Assembly (NCBI GenBank): GCA_965223505.1 | Contig: CBDCWP010000004.1 | Location: 15,309-79,308, forward strand | Source: Planctomycetota bacterium | GTDB lineage: Bacteria > Planctomycetota > PLA2 > JAEUHO01 | DNA length: 64,000 nucleotides | Direction: 5' to 3' | Shown here: positions 19,838-29,106 of the stretch, in pieces | Layout of the letters: every line of letters starts with the position of its first letter | How positions within the stretch are numbered: position 1 is the stretch's first letter | The notes under the pieces: model-generated | What the model was told of the DNA's origin: nothing | Database searches by the model: none | What the model saw: the letters and a program-made list of their open reading frames with translations, nothing else | Position numbers and translations under genes: made by a program

Positions 19838-20883
19838 GTGACGTTGCGGTCAACGGCGGAGGCTCGATCGGCGCGGCCGTGATCGGCGTCGGCTCGTTCG
19901 GCCGCCACCACGCGCGCATCTACAACGAGCTCGCGTCGGACGGCGTCCGCCTCCTCGGTCTCGTCGACACCGACGTGGAGAGTCCGCGCGAGCTCTCGAC
20001 GCGGTTGAACGTGCCGCTCGTTCGGTCGCTGAGCGAGCTCGGCGCCGTGCCCGACGTCGTCTCGATCGCCGTGCCGACGACCGATCACCGGCGTGTCGCC
20101 GAGCCGCTGCTTCGAAGCGGCGTGCACTGTCTCGTCGAGAAGCCCCTCGCGGGCAGCACCAGTGACGCCCGCGCGCTCGTCGAAGCCGCCGAAGCCGGCG
20201 GCGCGCATCTGCAGGTCGGGCTGGTCGAGCGCTTCAATCCGGTGCTTTCGGCGCTCGATCGGCTGGGGGAGCCGCCGGTCTACATCGAGGTCCACCGCCT
20301 GGCGCCCTTCGCTTTCCGTGCGACCGACGTCGGCGTCGTGATGGACATGATGATCCACGATCTCGACATCCTGAATCACCTCGTGGGCGAGGAAGCCTGC
20401 GACGTCCAGGCGGTCGGGGTGCGGGTCTCCGGCGGACAGGAGGACATCGCCAATGCGCGGGTGATCTTCCCGTCGGGCTGCGTGGCCAACGTGACGGCCA
20501 GCCGCGTCTCCCAGCGCCGGATGCGACGCATCCGGATCTTCTCGCACAACGCCTACCTGCGGCTGGACTACGACAAGCGCGAGGCGCGGCTGGTGCGCTC
20601 GTCGCGTTCGGTCCGGGATTGGAACGACCGCCTGCGCGACATGGCCGCCCGGGGCGCGGGCCTGGAGCCCGACGAGGGCGGCGCCGGGGACGACCTGGAG
20701 GCGCGCCTGGAGATCGAGCTGCTGCCGATCCAGGACGCCGAGCCCCTGCGCGAGGAGATCAGCGCCCTGGTGCGGGCCGTGCGCACGGGCCGGGCGCCGG
20801 CGGTGGGGGGCAGCGAGGGGCTGCGGGCGCTTCGGCTCGCGGAGCGCATCCTGGCCGAGATCCGGGCCGGCGAGCCCTCCTGA
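19834..20883 (+). CDS. Gfo/Idh/MocA oxidoreductase (GnnA-like)
   Basis: GVGSFGRHH, LVEKP, VERFNP, DVGVVMDMMIHDLD, TASRVS. Directly after lpxA. Confidence 0.85.
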   Translation: MSDVAVNGGGSIGAAVIGVGSFGRHHARIYNELASDGVRLLGLVDTDVESPRELSTRLNVPLVRSLSELGAVPDVVSIAVPTTDHRRVAEPLLRSGVHCLVEKPLAGSTSDARALVEAAEAGGAHLQVGLVERFNPVLSALDRLGEPPVYIEVHRLAPFAFRATDVGVVMDMMIHDLDILNHLVGEEACDVQAVGVRVSGGQEDIANARVIFPSGCVANVTASRVSQRRMRRIRIFSHNAYLRLDYDKREARLVRSSRSVRDWNDRLRDMAARGAGLEPDEGGAGDDLEARLEIELLPIQDAEPLREEISALVRAVRTGRAPAVGGSEGLRALRLAERILAEIRAGEPS

Positions 20884-21060
20884 GCCCCCGAATTGGGGCC
20901 CCTTCCGGGGCGGGCAACGACCCCTCCATCCGTAGACCCTCTGTGGGGGTCGGGCTACACTCCGCCGCTTGACTCCGCTTTTTGGCGCGGGGTCGCGAAA
21001 CACCCAGTTTGGCCGCCTCCATGGGGCGGGCCGGTGCGTCCCCCGGGGCGCCCAAGAGGA

Positions 21061-22020
21061 ATGGCGTTGGCGAACATCACGCTCGAGCAGCTTCTGGAGA
21101 ACGGCGTCCACTTCGGTCACCGCGCAAGTCGGTGGAATCCGAAGATGCGGCCGTTCATCCACAGCAAGAAGAACCAGATCCACATCATCGACCTGCGTGA
21201 GACCGTCCGCGGCCTCCTGCAGTCGCGTCACTACCTCCAGGCCGTGTCCGCACAGGGCGGGCGCGTCATGTGGGTTGGCACCAAGCGCTCGGCCAAGGAA
21301 GCCATTCGCGGCGTCGCCCAGCGCACCAAACAGCCCTTCGTGACGGAGCGTTGGCTCGGCGGCACGCTGACCAACTTCAAGACGATTCGCAGCCGCCTCG
21401 GCAGGTTGCAGGAGCTCGAGGGCCTGGAGGCCGACGGCACGTTCGAGGTGCTGTCCAAGAAGCAGCAGTCGCGCCACCGCATCGAGAAGAAGAAGATCCT
21501 CAAGAACCTCGAGGGCATTCGCGAGCTCGAGCAGCTGCCCGCGTGCCTGGTCGTCGTCGACCCCAAGCACGAGCACATCGCGGTCGCCGAGGCGAACAAG
21601 ATGCGCATTCCGGTGCTGGCGGTGCTCGACACCGACTGCGACCCGGACAGCGTCGACATCACGATTCCCGGCAACGACGACGCCATGCGTTCGGTCAACG
21701 TGTTGCTCAACCTCCTCGCCGACGCGGTGGAGGAAGGCAACAAGACGTGGGCCGTCGTGAAGGCCGAGCAGGAGCGGCAGCAGGCCGCGCTGCGCGCCGA
21801 AGAGGAACAGCGCCGCGCCGCCGATCGCCAGCGCCAGCAGGTGACCGAGGACTGGCAGCGCAAGCTTCGCGAAGAGGCCGACAAGAGTCGCGCGGTGAAG
21901 ACCGACGACGCGCCGGCGCCCGCGGAAACGCCCGCGGAGGACGCTTCCAAGGAGGACGCTCCCGAGGCGGATGCGCCCAAGACGGACGCGCCTGCAGCGG
22001 AAGAAGCGCCGAGCGAGTAG
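21061..22020 (+). CDS. rpsB: 30S ribosomal protein S2
   Basis: GVHFGH, WNPKM, ERWLGGTLTNF, DTDCDP, PGNDDA. Confidence 0.97.
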   Translation: MALANITLEQLLENGVHFGHRASRWNPKMRPFIHSKKNQIHIIDLRETVRGLLQSRHYLQAVSAQGGRVMWVGTKRSAKEAIRGVAQRTKQPFVTERWLGGTLTNFKTIRSRLGRLQELEGLEADGTFEVLSKKQQSRHRIEKKKILKNLEGIRELEQLPACLVVVDPKHEHIAVAEANKMRIPVLAVLDTDCDPDSVDITIPGNDDAMRSVNVLLNLLADAVEEGNKTWAVVKAEQERQQAALRAEEEQRRAADRQRQQVTEDWQRKLREEADKSRAVKTDDAPAPAETPAEDASKEDAPEADAPKTDAPAAEEAPSE

Positions 22021-22119
22021 CGTGCGGTGCGCTTTCTTCGGAAAGCACTGACATGGTTGGGGCGAGCGATCGCTCGCCTGGGTCGCGGACTGCGACGAAC
22101 GACGACGGAGACCGACGAG

Positions 22120-22974
22120 ATGAGCATTAGCGCTAAGCAGGTGATGGAGCTGCGTGCGGCGACGGGCCTCGGCATGATGAAGTGCAAGCAGGCCCTGATC
22201 GACACCGACGGCGACTTCGAGAAGGCCCAGGAGCTGCTTCGCAAGGAGCTCGGCAAGGCGGCCGAGAAGAAGGCGGGGCGCAAGACGGGCGAAGGCCTCG
22301 TACGCGTGAAGATGTCGGACGACAACAAGACCGGCACCGCGGTCGTCGTGCTGTGCGAGACCGAGCCGGTCAAGAACACGCCGATGTTCATCGAGTTCGT
22401 CGACAAGGTGGTCGGCATCGCGTTCGAGAACGGCGCTGCGACCGTCGAGGAGCTCGAAGCTCTGCCGTGGCCGGGCGACGAGCCCACCGTCGGCGAGGCG
22501 CTCAAGGCGCTCATCGGCACCATCGGCGAGAACATGAAGCTGGCCAACGTCGCGCGCCTGACCGCCACGAACGGTGGCTACGTCGGCTCGTACGTGCACT
22601 TCAACGACAAGATCGGCGTGCTGATCTCGCTGAGCGGCGACGCCGAGGACAAGGCGGAAGCGGCCAAGGAGATCGGCATGCACCTGTCGTTCGGCAAGCC
22701 GCAGGCGATGTCGCGCGACGAGATTCCGGCGGACGAGGTCGAGAAGGAGCTCAGCTTCCTGCGCGAGCAGATCGCCGAGGATCCGAAGATGAAGGGCAAG
22801 CCCGAGCAGGCGATCGAAGGCATCGTCCAGGGCCGGCTCAACAAGAACTTCTTCGGGGAGCGCGTCTTCCTCGAGCAGGCCTGGTCGCGCGACCCGAGCA
22901 AGAAGGTCAAGGCGGCGCTCGACGAGCTGAAGGTCGCCGTCCACGAATACGCCGTCCTGCAGGTCGGGGGCTAA
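22120..22974 (+). CDS. tsf: elongation factor Ts
   Basis: ELRAATGLGMMKCKQAL, KKAGRKTGEG, CETE, IGEN. Confidence 0.95.
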   Translation: MSISAKQVMELRAATGLGMMKCKQALIDTDGDFEKAQELLRKELGKAAEKKAGRKTGEGLVRVKMSDDNKTGTAVVVLCETEPVKNTPMFIEFVDKVVGIAFENGAATVEELEALPWPGDEPTVGEALKALIGTIGENMKLANVARLTATNGGYVGSYVHFNDKIGVLISLSGDAEDKAEAAKEIGMHLSFGKPQAMSRDEIPADEVEKELSFLREQIAEDPKMKGKPEQAIEGIVQGRLNKNFFGERVFLEQAWSRDPSKKVKAALDELKVAVHEYAVLQVGG

Positions 22975-23705
22975 TGGCTGACGGCCCGCGCTGGAAGCGA
23001 GTGCTTCTGAAGGTCTCCGGGGAAGCGCTCTCGGACGACTCGGGCCGTGCGATCGAAGGCGGCGCCGTCGGCGCCCTGGCCGACGAGATCATCGCGGCGC
23101 ATCGCCTGGGCGTTCAGATCGCCGTCGTCAACGGCGGCGGCAACATCCTGCGCGGCGCGCAGACGCACATCGAGGGCATCGGCCGTGCGACGGCCGACAC
23201 GATGGGCATGCTGGCCACCGTGATCAACGCGCTCGCGTTGCAGGACATGCTCGAGAGCAAGGGGGTCAAGACCCGCGTGCTCACGGCGATCAACATGCAC
23301 TCCGTCGCCGAGCCGTACATCCGGCGGCGCTGCGTGCGGCACCTGGAGAAGGGCCGCGTCATCATCCTGGCGGCGGGCACCGGCCATCCGTTCTTCAGCA
23401 CGGACACGGCCGCGGCGCTGCGAGGCACCGAGATCGGCGCGGAGGTGATCCTCAAGGGCACGCAGGTGGACGGGGTCTACGACAAGGATCCGAAGAAGCA
23501 CGACGACGCCGAGCGGTTCGACCGGATCTCGTTCGACGAGGCGGCGCGCCGGCGGCTTCAGATCATGGACCGTACGGCGTTCACCATCTGCGAGGAGAAC
23601 GACGTTCCGATCGTGGTGTTCGACATGGGCGTCAAGGGCAACCTGGCGCGCTTGCTGTCCGGGGAATCCTTGGGAACGACCGTCGGCGGCAAGGCCACGG
23701 CGTAG
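22974..23705 (+). CDS. pyrH: UMP kinase
   Basis: RVLLKVSGEAL, GGGNILRG, GMLATVINA, FSTDTAAALR, VDGVYDKDP. Confidence 0.96.
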   Translation: MADGPRWKRVLLKVSGEALSDDSGRAIEGGAVGALADEIIAAHRLGVQIAVVNGGGNILRGAQTHIEGIGRATADTMGMLATVINALALQDMLESKGVKTRVLTAINMHSVAEPYIRRRCVRHLEKGRVIILAAGTGHPFFSTDTAAALRGTEIGAEVILKGTQVDGVYDKDPKKHDDAERFDRISFDEAARRRLQIMDRTAFTICEENDVPIVVFDMGVKGNLARLLSGESLGTTVGGKATA

Positions 23706-23740
23706 AATCAGGGCCCCGTCCCGGGGCCGGAGTGGTGGTC

Positions 23741-24301
23741 ATGAGTGCAGACGAGATCCTGATGTCGACGGAAGAGCGAATGGAGGGCGCGACGACGCAC
23801 CTCGCGTCGGAGCTGAGCGGGCTGCGGTCCGGTCGCGCGAGTCCGGCGCTGGTCGACAAGCTGCAGGTCGACGCCTACGGCGCGAAGACGCCGCTGGGAC
23901 AGCTGGGGCAGATCGGTTGTCCGGAGCCGCGGCAGATCCTGATCAAGCCGTACGACCCGTCGATCGTGAAGGAGATCGAGCGCGCCATCCAGTCGTCGGA
24001 TCTCGGCTTGAACCCGAGCTCGGACGGCAAGGTGATTCGTCTGACGCTGCCACAGCTCTCGGAGGAGCGCCGCGCGCAGCTGGCCAAGCTCGTGAAGGAG
24101 CATGGCGAGAAGACGAACATCTCGATTCGCAACGTGCGCCGGGACGCGAACAAGGAAGCGGACGCGGCGAAGAACGACAAGGCGCTGACCGAGGACGATC
24201 TCGAGCGGGCGAAGAAGGACATCCAGGACTTGACCAAGAAGTACGAAGGCAAGGTCAAGGAGATGGTGGACAAGAAGATCGCCGAGCTGATGGAGGTTTG
24301 A
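23741..24301 (+). CDS. frr: ribosome recycling factor
   Basis: LRSGRASP, LGLNPSSDG, LSEERR, IRNVRRDA. Confidence 0.96.
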   Translation: MSADEILMSTEERMEGATTHLASELSGLRSGRASPALVDKLQVDAYGAKTPLGQLGQIGCPEPRQILIKPYDPSIVKEIERAIQSSDLGLNPSSDGKVIRLTLPQLSEERRAQLAKLVKEHGEKTNISIRNVRRDANKEADAAKNDKALTEDDLERAKKDIQDLTKKYEGKVKEMVDKKIAELMEV

Positions 24302-24308
24302 CGTCGTC

Positions 24309-24851
24309 GGGGCAGCCCTTGTGTAGGGGCAGCCCTTGTGGCTGCCCAATTGGGCGACAGTCCGGTCCGAGGTGTCGTGCACGATCACGCGCACGTTCAC
24401 GTAACGGATCAAACGTAGGGGCAGCCCTCGTGGCTGCCCGAAATGGGCGACCACAAGGGTCGCCCCTACCAATTTGGGCGACCTGTAGGGGCAGCCCTTG
24501 TGGCTGCCCAATTGGGCGACAATCCGGTCCGAGGTGTCGTGCACGATCACGTTCACGTGCACGATCACGTAACGGATCAAACGTAGGAGCATCCCTCGTG
24601 GCTGCCCGAAATGGGCGACCACAAGGGTCGCCCCTACCAATTTGGGCGACCTGTAGGGGCAGCCCTTGTGGCTGCCCAATTGGGCGACAATCCGGTCCGA
24701 GGTGTCGTGCACGATCACGTGCACGATCACGTTCACGCGCACGTTCACGTAACGGATCAAACGTAGGGGCAGCCCTCGTGGCTGCCCGAAATGGGCGACC
24801 ACAAGGGTCGCCCCTACCAATTGGGCGACCACAAGGGTCGCCCCCACCTAC
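24309..24851. repeat. BIME/REPIN-like array of three composite units
   Basis: Units start at 24323, 24485 and 24653. Each is REP, linker, (CACGNN)n, REP, inverted REP, with n = 4, 5, 7. Lies between convergent genes. Confidence 0.88.
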
Positions 24852-24867
24852 CACGAGCGTTGTTGCC

Positions 24868-25800
24868 CTACCGCCGCCGCAACGGCGCGCGCAGCGCCCA
24901 CGCCCTGAGCCACTGCCCGCTCTTGCGCTCGTAGCCGTAGTCACGCGTCAGCTGCTTCTCGAGATCCGGCATGTGCGCAGCGCCGTAGAAGATCGCGATC
25001 CGGCCGTTCGTCTGATCGCGCACCTCGTCGAAGCGCTTCATCACGACCTCGTTGCGCTTGTCCAGAATCAACTCCGACATCTCCGGGAACATGTCCAACG
25101 CACCCTCGATGTCGGTCGTCCCCAGAACGCGCGCGAACTCGCGCCGCGCCAGCGAACGCAGCACGTTCGGCTTCGACATCGTCTGGTCCATGAAGCCCTC
25201 GAACTGCCTCAACATGCTCTTCAACGCGCCGGTCAGCTCGCCGCGGCCGTCCCAGCTCTCCGACGGATTCGTCTCCAGGTTGATGAAGCGCCCGCCGCCC
25301 GCGTCCGCGAACTGCTCCAGACTCATGTCCGCGTGCACGAAGTTCTCGCGCGTGTAGTCGATGGCGTCGAGCTGGAACTTGAATCCGAACCAGCCCGCCA
25401 TCTTGGCCTGGAACCGACGCGCCTCGACCTCGCTGTCCAGGCCGTTCTGGAACGCCTCGGCGTCCGCGTCTTCGGGCTTCACGCCCTCGTAGAGCACGAT
25501 GTCGCACGTCGCGAGGTAGTCCTGGAGCTTCTGGAAGTACCCCTCGTCCGCGATGTGCACGACGCCGACCAGGTCGACCTTCGGACCGCCGCTCGGGTTC
25601 GCGTAGGTCGTGATCGCGATGTCGAGCCCGCCGCCGCGCGCGCTCGCGGGGCTGTAGCGGATGAACTCGCCCGCCTCCGGCACGTCATCGGGCTGGATGA
25701 CGTTGACCTCCTCCGGCGGGACGACCTCCCATTCCCGGCGCTCCCCGCACGCGCAGAGCGCGATGAGGGGCAGGGTCAGCACGAGGGGGAGGAGGCGCAT
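24868..25800 (-). CDS. putative lipoprotein of unknown function
   Basis: Lipobox-like LCAC. Motif-like segments VDLVGVVHIAD, VLYEGV, HADMS, RN, IAIFYGAAHMPDL (distantly TraB/TIKI-like, inferred). Confidence 0.7.
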   Translation of the reverse strand: MRLLPLVLTLPLIALCACGERREWEVVPPEEVNVIQPDDVPEAGEFIRYSPASARGGGLDIAITTYANPSGGPKVDLVGVVHIADEGYFQKLQDYLATCDIVLYEGVKPEDADAEAFQNGLDSEVEARRFQAKMAGWFGFKFQLDAIDYTRENFVHADMSLEQFADAGGGRFINLETNPSESWDGRGELTGALKSMLRQFEGFMDQTMSKPNVLRSLARREFARVLGTTDIEGALDMFPEMSELILDKRNEVVMKRFDEVRDQTNGRIAIFYGAAHMPDLEKQLTRDYGYERKSGQWLRAWALRAPLRRR

Positions 25801-25880
25801 CAGGGTTCATTCTCCCACTGATTCGGGGCACCGGCCACGTCCGCGTTTCGCGGCTGTTCGCGCAGTACCCTTTGGACGAC

Positions 25881-26429
25881 GTGAGCGACGACGACCGAGA
25901 GCGCTGGGACGCGAGGTACCGGGACCGCGGGCCCACACCCATGGCGCCGACGCCGTTCCTGACCGGCAACCGTCATCTGCTGCCCGACGCCGGGCGCGCC
26001 CTCGACGTCGCCGGGGGCGCGGGCCGCCAGGCCGCCTGGCTCGTCGCGCAGGGGTTCGACGTCACCCTTGTCGACTTTTCCCCGGTGGGCCTTGATCTGG
26101 CCCGGGCGGCCCACGGGGTCGCCACCGTCTGCGCCGATCTCGAGCGCGAGCCGCTGCCAGAGGGCCCGTGGGACCTCGTCGTCCAGGTGCACTACCTGCA
26201 CCGGCCGCTGTTCGCGCAGTACCCGCGGATCCTGCGGCCCGGCGGCGTGCTGCTCTTCGAGCACCCCACGCGCACGAACCTGCGGCGCAACCCGAAGCCG
26301 TCCGAGCGCTTCCTGCTCGAGGACGGGGAGCTGCCGTCGCTGATCCAGGGGCTCGAGGTCGTGCACTACGGCGAAGGCTGGAACGCCACCGGGCGGCACG
26401 AGGCCCGCCTGATCGCGGTCAACCCTTGA
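25881..26429 (+). CDS. class I SAM-dependent methyltransferase (TehB-like)
   Basis: WDARY, ALDVAGGAGR, VDFSPVGL, YLHRPLF, LRPGG. Confidence 0.85.
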   Translation: MSDDDRERWDARYRDRGPTPMAPTPFLTGNRHLLPDAGRALDVAGGAGRQAAWLVAQGFDVTLVDFSPVGLDLARAAHGVATVCADLEREPLPEGPWDLVVQVHYLHRPLFAQYPRILRPGGVLLFEHPTRTNLRRNPKPSERFLLEDGELPSLIQGLEVVHYGEGWNATGRHEARLIAVNP

Positions 26430-27648
26430 CGCAGACGACCTGACGCAGCGTGTGGACGATCGACACCAGGTCGCGCTGGGCGCGCATGACGTCGTCGATC
26501 GACTTGTACGCGGCCGGCGTCTCGTCGATCACGCCGATGTCCTTGCGGCACTCGACGCCGCGCGTGGCCTTCTCGTGGTCCGCGAGCGTGAAGCGCTTGC
26601 GCGCCGCCGTGCGCGACATCGTGCGGCCCGCGCCGTGCGAGCAGCTCTCGAAGCTCTCCGGGTTGCCCTTGCCGCGCACGATGTACGAGCGCGCACCCAT
26701 GCTGCCCGGAATGATGCCGAGGTCGTCCTTGCCCGCCCGCACCGCGCCCTTGCGGGTCAGCCACACGTCCTTGCCGTAGTGGCGCTCGCGCTGCACGTAG
26801 TTGTGATGGCAGTTGACCGCTTCCGCCTCCATGCGGAACGGCTTGATGCCCTTCACGCGGGCGACGGCCTCGACCACCGCGTCCATCATCAGATCGCGGT
26901 TCACGCGCGCGAAGCGCTGCGCCCAACCGACGGCCTCGACGTAGTCGTCGAACGAGGTCGTGCCTTCCTGCAGGTACGCGAGGTCCTTGTCCGGCAGTCG
27001 CATGTCCAGGCGCTCCATCTCCTTCTTGGCGAGCGAGATGAAGTGCTGGCCGATGCGGTTGCCCACGCCGCGCGAGCCGCTGTGCAGCATGAACCACACG
27101 CGGTCTTCCTCGTCGAGGCAGACCTCGATGAAGTGGTTGCCGGTGCCGAGCGTGCCGAGCTGGCGTTCGGTCTGGCCGCGGTCCAGGCGCGGGTACTTGG
27201 CGAGGATGCCCTCGTAGCCGGGCCGCAGCCGCTTCCAGGCTTTCTCGTGGGGGGCGGGGAGGTCGCGGAAGGCGCCCTTGTCGTTGCGGCCGCCGTGGTG
27301 GGTGCGCCCGTGGGGGACGGCGCGTTCGATGGCCGTACGAACGCCCTTGAGGTCGTCCGGCAGGTCCGCGGCGTCGAGCGTGGTACGGGCCGCGATCATG
27401 CCGCAGCCGATGTCGACGCCGACGGCGGCAGGGATGATGGCCTTGTCCGTGGGGATGACGCTGCCGACGGTGGCGCCGTAACCGAGGTGCACGTCGGGCA
27501 TGGCCGCGACCCAGCGGTGGATGAACGGCAGGCTGGCGACGTTTTCGAGCTGCTTGCGGGCGGCGTCTTCGAGCGGCACGCCGCGGGTCCAGCTCTTGAT
27601 GGGAACGCCGTCGGTCGGATTCAGGATGTAGGCCGTACGCTTGGCCAT
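26419..27648 (-). CDS. rtcB: RNA ligase RtcB
   Basis: MPDVHLGYG, GVDIGCG, GTLGTGNHFIE, HSGSRG, HHNY, RKGA, PGSMG, SHGAGR, DETPAAYK. RBS GGAGA before ATG 27648. Confidence 0.95.
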   Translation of the reverse strand: MAKRTAYILNPTDGVPIKSWTRGVPLEDAARKQLENVASLPFIHRWVAAMPDVHLGYGATVGSVIPTDKAIIPAAVGVDIGCGMIAARTTLDAADLPDDLKGVRTAIERAVPHGRTHHGGRNDKGAFRDLPAPHEKAWKRLRPGYEGILAKYPRLDRGQTERQLGTLGTGNHFIEVCLDEEDRVWFMLHSGSRGVGNRIGQHFISLAKKEMERLDMRLPDKDLAYLQEGTTSFDDYVEAVGWAQRFARVNRDLMMDAVVEAVARVKGIKPFRMEAEAVNCHHNYVQRERHYGKDVWLTRKGAVRAGKDDLGIIPGSMGARSYIVRGKGNPESFESCSHGAGRTMSRTAARKRFTLADHEKATRGVECRKDIGVIDETPAAYKSIDDVMRAQRDLVSIVHTLRQVVCVKG

Positions 27649-27768
27649 GATGTCTCCGGTGCAAACACGTCGGACGACGGCGCGGCACCTCAAGTTCCGT
27701 CCATCGTACGTCGGGGCGCGGTCCTCATCTCCGAGCCCGTACCCAGCGGGCGGGGCCGCGCCCGGCGC

Positions 27769-29106
27769 CTACGCCCCGGAGAACTGCACGCCCTCGAACG
27801 CCATCGTCGGCACGCGCATGGCCGAGCACGGATACGGATCGTTGCCGACGTGCAGCAGCCGCCCGAGCATCCGGAGGTAGTTGCCCGTGATGTTCATCTC
27901 GCCCACGGCTTCGCCGAGCTCGCCGTCCACGATGCGGTTGCCGCGAATGCCGAACGAGAAGTCGCCCGTCGTCGCGTCGGCGTTCCCGCCGGCCCAGTTG
28001 GTCACGTAGATGCCGTTGCCCACCGCCGCGAGGATGCCGTCGCGGTCGTGCTCGCCGTGCGCGAAGACCAGATTCGACGCCGAGCCGCTGGTCGGCTCCC
28101 AGCCGAGCTTGCGGCCGTAGTAGGTGTCGACGTAGAAGCTCTTCAGCACCCCGTTTTCGATCACGGCCCGCGGCCTGGCTGCGATGCCCTCGCCGTCGTA
28201 GTGATGCGAGCCCAGCCCGCGCGCGATCAACGGTTCATCGGTGATCGTGAGAAGCGCGGGCGCGATCGTCTGGTCGCGCTGCTTTTCGAGGAAGGAGCGG
28301 CCCTGCTGGATCGAGGACGCCGTGAGCGCGCCGAAGATGCGCCCGAGAAACGACGCGCCTGCTTCGCGGTCGACGACCATCGTGAAGCGGCCGGACGCGC
28401 CCTTGACCGCGCCGATGCGCCCGATCGCGCGCGCGAGCGCCTCCCGGGCGATCGCATCGTGGCTGCGCATGTCCTCGAGGTGCCGGGCGCAGCCGTAGTC
28501 GTAGGCCTCGGGGCGCTTGTCTCCCTCCCCTTGCACGGTGACCTCGGTGTACGCCGAAATGCGCGTGCCGGCACGCGCGCCGCGAAATCCGTTCGAGCTC
28601 ACGCGCGCGGACGCGCCCGCGCCCATGGCGAGATGACTCGTCGCGCTGATGACGCGCTCGTCGGTGTGCGACGCGGCGTCCATCTTCGACAGCCACTCGA
28701 TGCAGCGGTCGCGGTCCAGCGCTTCGACGGCGGGATCGAAGAGATCGAGGTCGACGTCCGAGCGGCCTTCGTACAGCGCCGGATCGGGGATCGTTCGATA
28801 CGGATCCGGCTCCAACGCGCGGGTCAGCTTGACCGCCTCGCGCAGGAACGGCTTGAGCACCGACGGACGCAGGTCGTTGCTCTGATGCGCCGAGTACCGT
28901 CCGTCCACGTAGAGCTGCACGCCCAGCATGCGACTCGCGCTCTCCTGGACGCGCTCGATCTGGCCGTCGCGGTACGAGTACTCCGTCGAGCGGCCCGTGC
29001 TGACGCCGGTGACCACGTCGTCCGCGCCCGCCGCGAGGGCGAGGGCGAGCGCCTGCTCGGCGTCGTCGAGCAGCTCGGTCTCCGTGGCCTGGTCCGTCGC
29101 CGGCAT
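27769..29106 (-). CDS. tldE: TldE/PmbA family protein
   Basis: PmbA-type motifs (YDGEG, IENGVLKSF, TGDFSFG). No HExxGH. TGATG coupling with tldD. Confidence 0.88.
   Translation of the reverse strand: MPATDQATETELLDDAEQALALALAAGADDVVTGVSTGRSTEYSYRDGQIERVQESASRMLGVQLYVDGRYSAHQSNDLRPSVLKPFLREAVKLTRALEPDPYRTIPDPALYEGRSDVDLDLFDPAVEALDRDRCIEWLSKMDAASHTDERVISATSHLAMGAGASARVSSNGFRGARAGTRISAYTEVTVQGEGDKRPEAYDYGCARHLEDMRSHDAIAREALARAIGRIGAVKGASGRFTMVVDREAGASFLGRIFGALTASSIQQGRSFLEKQRDQTIAPALLTITDEPLIARGLGSHHYDGEGIAARPRAVIENGVLKSFYVDTYYGRKLGWEPTSGSASNLVFAHGEHDRDGILAAVGNGIYVTNWAGGNADATTGDFSFGIRGNRIVDGELGEAVGEMNITGNYLRMLGRLLHVGNDPYPCSAMRVPTMAFEGVQFSGA

Noticed and set aside
24309..24851. CRISPR array
   Set aside because: The sequences between repeats are near-identical rather than unique spacers, repeats occur in both orientations, and there are no cas genes.
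23708..24944. ORFs spanning the repeat array (23708-24847, 24255-24944)
   Set aside because: These are translations of non-coding palindromic repeats and antisense frr.
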